Assembly: GCA_041741155.1 (NCBI GenBank)
Contig: JBGSKO010000116.1
Span: 29,103-93,102 of the forward strand
Direction: 5' to 3'
Length of the DNA stretch: 64,000 nt
Origin: Saprospiraceae bacterium
GTDB taxonomy: Bacteria > Bacteroidota > Bacteroidia > Chitinophagales > Saprospiraceae
Shown: positions 18,229-27,743 of the stretch, piece after piece
Layout: the number at the start of each line of letters is the position of its first letter
Position numbering within the stretch: the stretch's first letter is position 1
Position numbers and translations under genes: made by a program
Notes under the pieces: model-generated
What the model was told of the DNA's origin: nothing
The model's database searches: none
The model's input: only the letters and a program-made list of their open reading frames with translations

Positions 18229-20673
18229 ATGAAACGTATTGTTTTCACGATCACTTTTATCTTTCTTTCACATTGCACGATCTGGAGCCAAACCATCCTC
18301 AAGGGCCGTGTGGAAGCTACCGGCCATGTCGTCGTTGGGGCTACGGTCGTGCTGAAACCCTCCGGAAATTCCACCACTACAGACAATCAGGGTATGTTCC
18401 GGTTTGAACAACTGGCAGCGGGAAATTACCTATTGGAAGTCCGTTCTGTGGACATAGAGCCACTGTCCTATTCAGTCGAGTTGGCTTCTGGCGAAACACT
18501 GGCACTTGTCCTCTCGGCGCAGCCGGCCCAAAAAAGTATAAGCGAAGTGACGGTGTACGGCAGCCGCGATTTTCGGGGTATCGGGCGTTTGCCGGAGGCC
18601 GGTGTTTTGCAGGTGAATGCCGGTAAAAAAATGGAGGTAGTGTCCATGAACAGCCTCGATGCCAACCTTGCCACCAACAACACCCGGCAGATTTTTGCCA
18701 AAGTACCCGGCACGCACGTCTGGGAAAGCGATGCCTCGGGCATTCAGGTTAGCGTAGCCACGCGTGGACTCAGTCCCAACCGCTCCTGGGAATACAACGT
18801 GCGCCAGAACGGCTACGACGTGAGCGCCGATCCGCTGGGCTACCCGGAAGCCTACTACAACCCGCCGATGGAAGCAGTGGACAAGGTCGAGGTGATACGG
18901 GGGGCCGCTTCCCTGCAGTGGGGCCCGCAGTTTGGCGGCTTGTTAAACTATCAACTGCGCCGGGCGCCCGAAGACCGCAAGATCAGCCTCGAAAGCCGTC
19001 AAACAGTGGGTAGCTATGGCCTGTTTAGTTCCTACAACGCCGTCGGCGGCACCATCGGCAAGTTTGATTATATCGGGCATTTCCACCACCGCGATGGGGC
19101 CGGCTGGCGCGAAAACAGCCGATACACCATCAACCACGGGTTCCTGCGGCTCGGCTATCAGTTTTCCCCCAAGTTCCGCGCCGAGGCCGAATACACCCGC
19201 ACCGACTACAAATCCCAACAGGCCGGAGGCCTCACCGATGCCCGGTTTGCTGCCGATGCCCGCCAGTCGGTTCGTTCCCGAAACTGGTTCAGCACGCCCT
19301 GGAACCTCGCCTCGGCTCGCCTGCAATACGATTTTTCTCTAAAAACACACCTCGAACTGAAAGTGTTTGGTCTGTTCAGCCAGCGCAACAGCATCGGTTT
19401 CGTACGCGCCATTAACATCCCGGACACGATAAACCTGGCTACCGGCGCATACAACCCGCGCCAACTCGACCGCGACCGCTATAACAACTGGGGCAGCGAA
19501 CTGCGCTTCCTGACCAACTACACCATCGGCGGACGCGAACAGACCCTCGCCGCCGGTTTGCGCTATTTCGATGGGCATACCCATCGCCTTCAATCGGGTC
19601 TGGGCGATACCGGCTCGGAGTTTAACACCGACCTGCGGGGCGAGCAGTACCCCCGCGACCTGAATTTTGGAACCCGAAACGCCGCCGCCTTCGCCGAACA
19701 CATTTTCCGGGTGGGGAAACGCTTCTCCCTCGTACCGGGCTTCCGTGTCGAAAACGTGCAGAACAATGCCGAGGGCCGCATCAATATCAACAGCGCCGGT
19801 GTGGAACAAAACATGACCCCGGAACAACGCACCCGTACTTTCCTGCTGGCCGGATTTGGCGCCGAGTACCATGCCACCGCTACCTCGGAAGTATATGCGA
19901 ATATCTCCCAGTCGTACCGCCCCGTAGGCTTTACCGACCTGACGCCGCCGGCCACTACTGCCGTCATTGATCCCGACCTGAAAGATGGCCGGGGTTGGGT
20001 GGCCGACCTCGGCTACCGGGGACGCTGGAAAAACGTGCTGAACTTCGATGTGAGCGTGTTTTACCTCCGCTACGCCGACCGTATCGGTACAATCGCCCGA
20101 CTGGCCGACGATGGTTCGGTGTACCAGTACCGTACCAACCTGAGCACGAGCATCCACCAGGGCGTGGAGTCCTACATGGAAATAAACCCGCTGGCGCTGA
20201 TCCCGACAGCCAAACGTTTGGGTGCGCTCAACCTGTTCGCGTCGCTGGCCTGGACGGATGCCCGTTTCACCGACCTGCCGGTAACCACCGTCAGCAATGG
20301 CGTGATCACCGAAACCAATTTGAAAGACAAATTCGTGGACAACGCCCCGCGCTATGTGCACCGCTACGGAGCTACTTTTGCCCGGAAAGGCTTCTCGGCT
20401 ACCTGGCAGCTCAGCAATGTCGGCGCGGTGTTTACCGATGCTGCCAATACGGATGCTCCATCCGCCAACGGCCAAACAGGGCGTATTCCCGGTTACGCGG
20501 TGCAAGACCTGTCTGCTACCTGGCATTTCCTCAGCAACTACTCCCTGCGGGCGGGCGTGAACAACCTCGCCGATGTGCGCTATGCTACCCGCCGCTCGGG
20601 CGGTTATCCCGGTCCGGGTTTGTTGCCGGGCGAGGGCCGGACGTGGTATGCCGGGCTGGGTGTGCGGTTTTGA
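18229..20673 (+). CDS. TonB-dependent receptor with CarboxypepD_reg-like N-terminal domain
   Basis: The start is taken at MKRIVFTITFIFL (signal peptide). Contains an ILKGRVEATGHVVVGATVVLK Ig-like domain, then plug and barrel. The C-terminus ends YAGLGVRF with a terminal Phe. Confidence 0.9.
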   Translation: MKRIVFTITFIFLSHCTIWSQTILKGRVEATGHVVVGATVVLKPSGNSTTTDNQGMFRFEQLAAGNYLLEVRSVDIEPLSYSVELASGETLALVLSAQPAQKSISEVTVYGSRDFRGIGRLPEAGVLQVNAGKKMEVVSMNSLDANLATNNTRQIFAKVPGTHVWESDASGIQVSVATRGLSPNRSWEYNVRQNGYDVSADPLGYPEAYYNPPMEAVDKVEVIRGAASLQWGPQFGGLLNYQLRRAPEDRKISLESRQTVGSYGLFSSYNAVGGTIGKFDYIGHFHHRDGAGWRENSRYTINHGFLRLGYQFSPKFRAEAEYTRTDYKSQQAGGLTDARFAADARQSVRSRNWFSTPWNLASARLQYDFSLKTHLELKVFGLFSQRNSIGFVRAINIPDTINLATGAYNPRQLDRDRYNNWGSELRFLTNYTIGGREQTLAAGLRYFDGHTHRLQSGLGDTGSEFNTDLRGEQYPRDLNFGTRNAAAFAEHIFRVGKRFSLVPGFRVENVQNNAEGRININSAGVEQNMTPEQRTRTFLLAGFGAEYHATATSEVYANISQSYRPVGFTDLTPPATTAVIDPDLKDGRGWVADLGYRGRWKNVLNFDVSVFYLRYADRIGTIARLADDGSVYQYRTNLSTSIHQGVESYMEINPLALIPTAKRLGALNLFASLAWTDARFTDLPVTTVSNGVITETNLKDKFVDNAPRYVHRYGATFARKGFSATWQLSNVGAVFTDAANTDAPSANGQTGRIPGYAVQDLSATWHFLSNYSLRAGVNNLADVRYATRRSGGYPGPGLLPGEGRTWYAGLGVRF

Positions 20674-20678
20674 AAATT

Positions 20679-21359
20679 CTAAAACAAGGTAGGTTGCTCC
20701 GGCACCTCCGTGTGCAGGCTCGGCTCGTCATAGCCGGGCCTGTTCAGTTTTTCGGAAACCCGATACAGCGCCAGCATCCCGTCGGGCGCCGGGAGCAGCA
20801 GCGCCAGCACGTCGTCCAACGGTAAGGGCGCGAGCCACGCCTGCTGCATTTCGGCGGTAGTGAGTATGGCCGGCATCCGATTGTGCAGGGCGGCTATGTC
20901 GTGGTTGGCGGCGGTAGTGATGATGGAAAACGTGCGTTTTCGTTCGTCGCCTTGCTGCCACTCGTCCCAGATACCGGCCAGAAACAGCAGTTCGCCATTC
21001 CTGGGCATGATACGGTAGGGCGCCTTTCGTCCGCCCGGTTCGGTGCGCCATTCGTAAAAACTGTCCGCCGGCACCAGGCACCTATGGTGTTGCACCGGCT
21101 CGCGAAAGGATGGTTTTTCTGCGATACCCTCGGCGCGGGCGTTGATCAGATTGCCTGCATTTTTGCCGTAGGCGCTCCAGTGTGGCACGAGGCCCCATTG
21201 CATGGTTTGCAACAGGCCCGGCGCGTCATTGGTCACCACGTATGCCCGGTGGGTCGGTGCGATATTGTAACTGATTTCCAACTCGGCGGGACGCTGCACG
21301 TCGGGCAGTTGGGCGTCGAGTTGCTGGGGTTTGGGGGCGAAAGAGTAGCGGCCGCACAT
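20679..21359 (-). CDS. SOS response-associated peptidase (SRAP/YedK-type abasic-site processing protein)
   Basis: N-terminal MCGRYS with the catalytic Cys2. The 226-aa size is typical of SRAP proteins. Confidence 0.9.
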   Translation of the reverse strand: MCGRYSFAPKPQQLDAQLPDVQRPAELEISYNIAPTHRAYVVTNDAPGLLQTMQWGLVPHWSAYGKNAGNLINARAEGIAEKPSFREPVQHHRCLVPADSFYEWRTEPGGRKAPYRIMPRNGELLFLAGIWDEWQQGDERKRTFSIITTAANHDIAALHNRMPAILTTAEMQQAWLAPLPLDDVLALLLPAPDGMLALYRVSEKLNRPGYDEPSLHTEVPEQPTLF

Positions 21360-21377
21360 GGAGGTTTCGAGTACTTT

Positions 21378-23195
21378 TTATTTCACAAACAAAATCCCGG
21401 TCAGGCGCTTCAACCGGAGTTTTTCTCTATCGAAATGAGCCTCCTGCAGGTACAAGCGGGCGACGGTTTTCCTGCCCTGCAGTGCCACCACGTCGAGGCT
21501 GTCGGGCAAATTGTAGTAGTCTTCCTTGCCGGCAGCAGTCCTCCAGACACGCATGGCAGCAGATAGGTCGAGGGAATCCGCGACGTTTTTGCCATCAGCG
21601 CTCAGCAGGAGCAACGCCTTTCGATCTTTTGAAAATACCGTTGTTTGGCCGGGGCGATTGTGGTTGGCAGTTTCGTCGCCGCCGTATAGTTGAATCCGGT
21701 GGAAGGTGCGGTACCCGGCGATATTGCCGCTCTGAATGGATCGCTGCTGAGGATATACCGTCACCATTTTCTTGTTGGATGGCGCCGTCCCCTTTGGCGC
21801 GGCGTTGAGCCACTTGGCGATGTACGTCGCCCGTTCATAGTGCCCGTATTGGGTGGTGTCCCTGGCAATGCTGTCCAACGGCACCGGGAACCACGATTCG
21901 ATGCGGCCCAGAGCATCCTGCTGACTGAGCAATACGAGGCTGGACTGAATGCGTCCGGCATCCGCTTCGGGTACTGCTGCGCCGCCGGTTTGGAGCAAGC
22001 CGCCCTCGAAGCGGTTATTTTTTTCGAATAAATCCTGCAAAATAGCGGTTTGGTTGCGTTGCGACACGTTGAACGCACTGAACGGCCCTACTACAGCCAC
22101 CAGCACAAACAGCCCCAGCGAGATGGGGATAAACTTGATGTTGTCGGTTTTTGACCACAAAAAATACCCGCACATAACCAGCAGCCATACCCCAGCATGG
22201 GCCACATAGTAGCGCTCGGGGGTGATGCCATAGTCGGAAATACGCCGGCCAATGGCTACGAAAAGTAGGCCCACCATAGGCAGCAGTACCCACCAAAACC
22301 ACTTGCGGTAGGCGTGTACGATTTTGATATCGGAGTACTGCGGGAGCAGGGAATTGATGAGGTAGGTAAAAATGCCGGCCACCGAAAAGCCCAGCACCAA
22401 CGAGGACACCCAGCCGTGCGGCAGGTTCCAGGTGACGAGGATCTTGACCGAGTAGGCGTATAGGATCAGGAAGTACAAGCCCACGATGGGTATGAGAATG
22501 TACTGGCAAAGGTTTTTGAAAACGACGTTGTAACTCCGGTCTTGCTCGTCGAACCCGAAGTGGCGGGGAAAATGGAACAGGAAAAACGCCGTTTGGAACA
22601 CCCCGGCCAACAGTACAAACAGGTGCGCGTACATTTTCCCGTCAATGTTCAGGTTGAACAGTTCATTCACGGCCAGCAGCGCGAGTGCCAGCCCGCCAAA
22701 CAGGATATGGGCATACACGGCGCCCACGACGAAATTGGCGAACAGTTGTTTGTTGTACTCCCAGAAATCGGCTATTGGCGTCCGGTTGAGGTACGGCGCC
22801 ACCGCTACCAACAGGTGCGCGCCGGCCAGAAAGCCCAGATACCGCGGGATATCCACACTTTCGAAGGCGAACGCATCCATGTCGAACAACACAAAATACA
22901 CTGCCAGTACGGCCAAGCCAACCGCCTGAATGCCCCAGGTGCGCAGCCGGTCCCAGCCCCGCGCCTCGGCAAAAACGGTGAGCCCGGTACACAGCGACAA
23001 CCCGAGCTGGGCGATAAGCCAGATCCGCACATAGTTGTCATTGTTGCTGCGGTCAAACTCGATAGCCGACATAACAGCTCCGGTACCGACGAAGGCACAG
23101 AGCATAGTTGCGGGGAAGCGGACGCAGGCATCCACGAAGGCTTGCGCGAGGAAAGAAAGGGAGGGCAGTTTCATAAATTGCGGTTCGTTAGACAA
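21378..23195 (-). CDS. large polytopic membrane protein (possibly DUF4153-type)
   Basis: 605-aa ORF with about 11 hydrophobic helices in the N-terminal 370 aa and a soluble C-terminal region. The family name comes from memory of the architecture only. Confidence 0.65.
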   Translation of the reverse strand: MSNEPQFMKLPSLSFLAQAFVDACVRFPATMLCAFVGTGAVMSAIEFDRSNNDNYVRIWLIAQLGLSLCTGLTVFAEARGWDRLRTWGIQAVGLAVLAVYFVLFDMDAFAFESVDIPRYLGFLAGAHLLVAVAPYLNRTPIADFWEYNKQLFANFVVGAVYAHILFGGLALALLAVNELFNLNIDGKMYAHLFVLLAGVFQTAFFLFHFPRHFGFDEQDRSYNVVFKNLCQYILIPIVGLYFLILYAYSVKILVTWNLPHGWVSSLVLGFSVAGIFTYLINSLLPQYSDIKIVHAYRKWFWWVLLPMVGLLFVAIGRRISDYGITPERYYVAHAGVWLLVMCGYFLWSKTDNIKFIPISLGLFVLVAVVGPFSAFNVSQRNQTAILQDLFEKNNRFEGGLLQTGGAAVPEADAGRIQSSLVLLSQQDALGRIESWFPVPLDSIARDTTQYGHYERATYIAKWLNAAPKGTAPSNKKMVTVYPQQRSIQSGNIAGYRTFHRIQLYGGDETANHNRPGQTTVFSKDRKALLLLSADGKNVADSLDLSAAMRVWRTAAGKEDYYNLPDSLDVVALQGRKTVARLYLQEAHFDREKLRLKRLTGILFVK

Positions 23196-23228
23196 CGGGA
23201 TAGTGGTACTTTTGCGGCCTAAAGATCA

Positions 23229-23783
23229 ATGCTTATGCAGAAATTATTGGTTTTGTGTGGATTTTTTCTCCTGTTCCACGCCGCCCTGCCGGGGCAAGCA
23301 GCCGACACGCTGGTATTCCCTGCATCCTGGGCAGGCACCTGGCAGGGAACCCTGGATATTTTCAACGGCGGCGGTAAAGTGCAGTCTGTGCCCATGTGGG
23401 TCGAAATCCAAAAAATAGACACCTCCACCACGGGGCGCTACACGTTTGGACTGGTTTATGGCTCCAAACAGCAGGACTGGCGGCCCTACGAACTGGTACC
23501 CGTGGAACCGCAATACGGCCTTTGGAAGGTGGACGAGAAAAACGGCATCGCCATGGAAAGCTACCTGTTCGGCCCCAAACTGCTGTGCTGGTTCACCGTA
23601 GAGACCAGCCGCGTCCTTTGCACCTACGAGAAACGCGGCGATGAAATGATCTTTGAGGTTTACTCGGGTATGGAGTCCGCGATCAGTACCACCGGCAATG
23701 GCACCCACAATGGAGAATCCATCCCGGAAGTGAAAACATTCCCGTTCAGTGTATTCCAGCGGGCGGTGTTGAAGCGGGGTTGA
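23229..23783 (+). CDS. secreted hypothetical protein
   Basis: 184-aa ORF with signal peptide MLMQKLLVLCGFFLLFHAALPGQA. The stop codon lies inside the first GTTGAG repeat. Confidence 0.6.
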   Translation: MLMQKLLVLCGFFLLFHAALPGQAADTLVFPASWAGTWQGTLDIFNGGGKVQSVPMWVEIQKIDTSTTGRYTFGLVYGSKQQDWRPYELVPVEPQYGLWKVDEKNGIAMESYLFGPKLLCWFTVETSRVLCTYEKRGDEMIFEVYSGMESAISTTGNGTHNGESIPEVKTFPFSVFQRAVLKRG

Positions 23784-24221
23784 GGGGAGTTGAGATAGTT
23801 GAGGGGGTTGAGATGGTTGAGGGGGTTGAGGGGAGTTGAGTAGGTTGAGAGGAGTTGAGGAGATTGAGAGGCGTTGAGGAGATTGAGCGTTAGATGCCGT
23901 TTGGGGCCTTGTTTTGGTTTAAAATTATTTGATAATCAAGCGGTTGGCGCGGGGTCAAAAGACCCACGCGCGGCGTTTCAGGGATAATCTCAACTCATCA
24001 ACGCCGCGCTTGGTGTTTTCACCAAGTGCACACCATGATGCACACGAAACTGTTTGGGCGTGGTAAAACACCAAGCACGTTTCAAAATATTTGACAATCA
24101 AGCGGTTGGCGCGGGGTCAAAAAGTTGGACGACAGTCGCCCAATTTCTCTCAACGCTCAACCCTCTCAACCCCCTCAACCATCTCAACCACTCTCAACCA
24201 CTCTCAACCATCCCTCAACCC
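23779..24221. repeat. GTTGAG/CTCAAC word-array inverted repeat filling an intergenic region
   Basis: There are 12 TTGAG words at 9-10 nt spacing (23779-23888) and 8 CTCAAC words (24149-24221). A 25-bp perfect complement exists between 23806-23830 and 24165-24189. The centre holds a ~40-nt direct repeat (23921-23961, 24083-24124) and small hairpins. Confidence 0.75.
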
Positions 24222-24230
24222 AACAAAAAA

Positions 24231-24545
24231 ATGCTCCTCTACAACGTCACTGTTACAATAGACCTCGATGTACACGAGGACTGGCTGCGCTGGATGCGCG
24301 AAACGCACATCCCCGATGTCATGGCTACCGGCATGTTCCGCTCTTACCGCATGAGCCGGATGATCGGCCACGAGCACGAAGACTCGGAAATTTACTCCAT
24401 GCAATACCTCGTGGAGGACATGGAACACCTGCGCCGCTACATGGACACGTTCGCGCCCGAACTGCAACGCCAACACCAGCAGCGGTACGAAGGCAAGTAC
24501 GCCGCGTTTCGGACGGTGATGGAAGTCGTGGGCGAGGGACAATAG
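24231..24545 (+). CDS. DUF4286-family protein
   Basis: The start is taken at MLLYNVTVTIDLDVHEDWLRWMRETHIPDVM, the characteristic DUF4286 N-terminus. The longer track ORF from 24054 runs through the repeat array. Confidence 0.7.
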   Translation: MLLYNVTVTIDLDVHEDWLRWMRETHIPDVMATGMFRSYRMSRMIGHEHEDSEIYSMQYLVEDMEHLRRYMDTFAPELQRQHQQRYEGKYAAFRTVMEVVGEGQ

Positions 24546-24616
24546 AAATCCGGGTATTGCCGGATACCGGGGCGATTGGCAGACGGGGAAGGCGCAGATT
24601 TTGCGACCTTTGCGCC

Positions 24617-26485
24617 ATGAATTTCCTTACGCTCGAAAACGTCACCAAGTCTTACGGCGAAAAACTGCTGTTTCGCAACATTACCCTGCACATAGACAAG
24701 GGCCAGAAAATCGGCCTCATCGCCAAAAACGGCACGGGCAAAACGACCCTCATGCGGGTCATCGCCGGGCGCGAAGGCTCCGAAGGCGAAAACGCCAAAA
24801 TCATCCTGCGCAAGGGCATCCGCATCGGCTGGCTCGATCAGGAGCCGGAGTTTAACCCCGAAATGGACGTGCTCGGCGCAGTGCTCGACCCCGGCAACCC
24901 GCTCGTGCAAGTCGTGCAACGCTACGAACACGCCCTCGCCCACCCCGAAAACACGTCCGACCTGCAAGACGCCATCGGCGAAATGGACCAGCTCAACGCC
25001 TGGTCGTTCGAGGCCAAAGTAAAAGAAACGCTGTTCCGGTTCCGCATGGAGGATTTCGAACAAAAGGTAAAAAACCTCTCCGGCGGCCAGCAAAAGCGCC
25101 TCGCTCTGGTGAAAATCCTGCTCGAAGAACCCGATTTCCTCATCCTCGACGAGCCGACCAACCACCTGGATGTCGAGATGATCGAATGGCTGGAGGAGTA
25201 TCTCCAGCAGCCGGGCATCACGCTGTTCATGGTCACGCACGACCGGTATTTCCTCGAAAACGTGTGCGACAGCATCATCGAACTTGAAGGCGGCCAACTA
25301 CGCCGCTACTCCGGCTCGTATTCGGATTATTTAGAAAAAAAGGCCATGCGCGAGGAGGTGGAATCCACGACCTACGAGCGCCAGAACAAACTGCTCAAAA
25401 ACGAGCTCGACTGGGTGCGCCGAAGTCCGCAGGCGCGTACCACCAAGGCGAAAGCCCGTGTGGACGCTTATTTTGACCGCAAGGAAACCAACGACGCGCT
25501 GAAAAAGAAGACGGACGAAATGACCATCGCCATCAAGGAAAACTGGATGGGCAGCAAGGTGGTGGAGCTGCACAACATCAGCAAGTCCTTCGGCGACAAA
25601 AAAATCCTGGACAATTTTTCCTACAAATTCAAACGCCGCGAGCGAGTGGGCATCGTCGGGCCAAACGGCTCCGGCAAATCCACTTTCCTGCAAATGATCA
25701 CCGGCCTGCTGCCACCCGACACCGGCAAGGTGGTCATTGGCGACACGATCCTGTTCGGCCACTACCGGCAGGAAGGCATCCAGCTTAAGGAAGACAAGCG
25801 GGTGATTGATGCCATTCGCGACATAGCCGACTACATCCCCCTCGAAAAAGGCAAGGAACTCAGTGCCGCGCAATTGCTGGAGCGTTTTCTGTTCAGCCGC
25901 CCGCAGCAGCAGGTGTACGTTAGCCAGCTCAGCGGGGGCGAGCGCCGCCGCCTCTACCTGCTCACGGTTTTGATGAAAAACCCCAACTTCCTCATCCTCG
26001 ACGAGCCGACGAACGACCTGGACGTACTCACCTTGCAGGTGCTGGAAGATTTTCTCGAAGACTACCCCGGCTGTCTCGTCGTGGTCACGCACGACCGATA
26101 TTTTATGGACCGCCTGGTGGACCACCTTTTTGTATTCGAAGGGGAGGGAAAAATCAAGGATTTCAACGGCACCTATGCCGAGTACCGCGCCGGCAAACGC
26201 AGCGGAAACCTTCCTGCGGCAACAACCGCTACGGGAGGGGGAGAAGTCGCCCAGCGCCCGCCGGCGCCCGCGCCCCGGCTGACGGGCGCCGAGCGCAACG
26301 AGATAAAAAAATTAGAAAAGGACATGGCCACGCTCGAGCGGCGAAAAAAGGAGATTCTGGAGCGTTTCAACGCCACCGACCTCGGTGCCGATGAAGCGGG
26401 CAAGCTGTCCACAGAACTGGGAAAAGTGCAGGGCGATCTGGACGAAAAGGAGATGCGCTGGCTGCAGTTGTCCGAGTTGACGTAA
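24617..26485 (+). CDS. ABC-F family ATPase (Uup/EttA-like, no membrane domain)
   Basis: The start is taken at MNFLTLENVTKSYG. It has two cassettes with Walker A GLIAKNGTGKTT and GIVGPNGSGKST and signatures LSGGQQKRLAL and LSGGERRRLYL. The tail is a C-terminal coiled coil. Confidence 0.9.
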   Translation: MNFLTLENVTKSYGEKLLFRNITLHIDKGQKIGLIAKNGTGKTTLMRVIAGREGSEGENAKIILRKGIRIGWLDQEPEFNPEMDVLGAVLDPGNPLVQVVQRYEHALAHPENTSDLQDAIGEMDQLNAWSFEAKVKETLFRFRMEDFEQKVKNLSGGQQKRLALVKILLEEPDFLILDEPTNHLDVEMIEWLEEYLQQPGITLFMVTHDRYFLENVCDSIIELEGGQLRRYSGSYSDYLEKKAMREEVESTTYERQNKLLKNELDWVRRSPQARTTKAKARVDAYFDRKETNDALKKKTDEMTIAIKENWMGSKVVELHNISKSFGDKKILDNFSYKFKRRERVGIVGPNGSGKSTFLQMITGLLPPDTGKVVIGDTILFGHYRQEGIQLKEDKRVIDAIRDIADYIPLEKGKELSAAQLLERFLFSRPQQQVYVSQLSGGERRRLYLLTVLMKNPNFLILDEPTNDLDVLTLQVLEDFLEDYPGCLVVVTHDRYFMDRLVDHLFVFEGEGKIKDFNGTYAEYRAGKRSGNLPAATTATGGGEVAQRPPAPAPRLTGAERNEIKKLEKDMATLERRKKEILERFNATDLGADEAGKLSTELGKVQGDLDEKEMRWLQLSELT

Positions 26486-26525
26486 AGGGTATCGCGACCG
26501 CACTAATGGTTGCTTTCGGAACGCG

Positions 26526-26558
26526 AGACCTTCCAGGTTTGTCAAACCTGGAAGGTCT
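26526..26558. repeat. 33-nt palindrome, copy 2 of the REP-like element
   Basis: AGACCTTCCAGGTTTGTCAAACCTGGAAGGTCT. The flanks CGGAACG(CG) and GGAT..AAAACAA..ATG.CC are shared with the copy at 15121-15153. Confidence 0.7.
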
Positions 26559-26620
26559 GGATGACCAAAAACAACGATGCCCAGTAGTGTGTATCGCGAC
26601 GAGTACGGCCGTTGCGCACC

Positions 26621-26665
26621 AAAAAGAAGGAGGCTCACAGACATGCTGTGAGCCTCCTTCTTTTT
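26621..26665. terminator. bidirectional rho-independent terminator
   Basis: Perfect 20-bp stem: AAAAAGAAGGAGGCTCACAG (26621-26640) with CTGTGAGCCTCCTTCTTTTT (26646-26665). It lies between the convergent ABC-F and mltA genes. Confidence 0.75.
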
Positions 26666-26681
26666 GGGTGTATCTGGCAGT

Positions 26682-27743
26682 TTATTGCTTCGGCAACAGC
26701 ACCCACAGTCGGCCAAATCCATTGATTTTGTATGCTTCCTGGAGGCCTTTCTGACCGATGCCGCTGTACAAATCCAACCGTTTGGTGGTGAGGATCGCGC
26801 CGCCGCGGTCTTGCGCGAAGAGGATGCGATAGGTATAACCTTTCAGGTTTCCGGCGGCATCCATATCAGGCAGTTCGGCCAAAAGCGTGGTACCGATCGG
26901 GATAAAACGCGGGTCAACGGCTACCGAATAACCGGCGGTAAGCGGGAAGTAACCGGAACCGATAACCTCTTCGTTGCTCATTTTTTGGAAAAACACATAT
27001 TTACCACCGGCGCCTTTCACGGAGCCACCGAAGCCAAATTGTTCGCGGCTGCCGTCAGCATACTCCACCCAGCAAGAACCTTGCAGTTGGGCATTGGCCA
27101 CCTCGCGTTTGGTACGTACCCAGGCCAGCTCGAGTCCTTTGCCGTTGAGGGCGCCCGATTCGATGGCTGCGGGCGAGGGAATGTGATCTTCGGGGCGACT
27201 CAGCAGGGGTACGGAAAATTCGGGGGTGCGCACCCGGCTTGCCTCCATCAGCGGCGTGTAATAGCCAGTGATACGCACCTTGTCTTTTTTGAGATCGGTT
27301 TTTACCTTGTAAAAATCAAAGCGGTCGAGCAGGGCTTCCGGCTGCAGCATTTGACAATCTTGCAGCAGTTCCACCGTACGCAACATTTCCGACTTGCTGA
27401 TTCCTTTTACGGGGTACTCTTTGACATCCGACCGGCGCAGGTAGTTGGACTGTTCGTACAGTGCCTGGAGCATAGGAGGGTCGAAAGGCAAGTATGGAAG
27501 CGTATCGGGGGTGGTGTAGTGCAAAACGGAGGGACGTACCTGGCGCTTCAGGATGAGAGGCTTGGTCCGCGATGGGGGAGCCATCATAGCCAACCTTGCC
27601 AATGCGTCGGTACTTAAGTCTGCAGCCGTAACAATATCCGCATTCGCCGCAGCACTCGGCGTAACGGACCTGCTTCCCCAATCCAGCATAAACACAAATG
27701 GAGAAAGCAACAGGCAGATGAAAATGGATATTTTATTTGTCAT
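26682..27743 (-). CDS. mltA: membrane-bound lytic murein transglycosylase A (MltA domain + 3D domain)
   Basis: N-terminal hydrophobic signal/anchor. An ITGYYTPL block precedes the 3D-domain blocks VAVDPRFIPIGT and FAQDRGGAI. Confidence 0.85.
   Translation of the reverse strand: MTNKISIFICLLLSPFVFMLDWGSRSVTPSAAANADIVTAADLSTDALARLAMMAPPSRTKPLILKRQVRPSVLHYTTPDTLPYLPFDPPMLQALYEQSNYLRRSDVKEYPVKGISKSEMLRTVELLQDCQMLQPEALLDRFDFYKVKTDLKKDKVRITGYYTPLMEASRVRTPEFSVPLLSRPEDHIPSPAAIESGALNGKGLELAWVRTKREVANAQLQGSCWVEYADGSREQFGFGGSVKGAGGKYVFFQKMSNEEVIGSGYFPLTAGYSVAVDPRFIPIGTTLLAELPDMDAAGNLKGYTYRILFAQDRGGAILTTKRLDLYSGIGQKGLQEAYKINGFGRLWVLLPKQ

Noticed and set aside
23779-24221. Possible CRISPR array (also considered for 44308-44468 and 31492-31640).
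   Set aside because: The repeat words are only 6-10 nt and directly abut with no unique spacers. The second half is the reverse complement of the first, and no cas genes are present.
24054-24616. Long N-terminal extensions of the DUF4286 and ABC-F ORFs (track ORFs starting at 24054 and 24125).
   Set aside because: The extensions translate the CTCAAC repeat array and, for the ABC-F ORF (from 24125), part of the DUF4286 gene in another frame. Internal ATGs at 24231 and 24617 coincide with the conserved N-termini of the two families.
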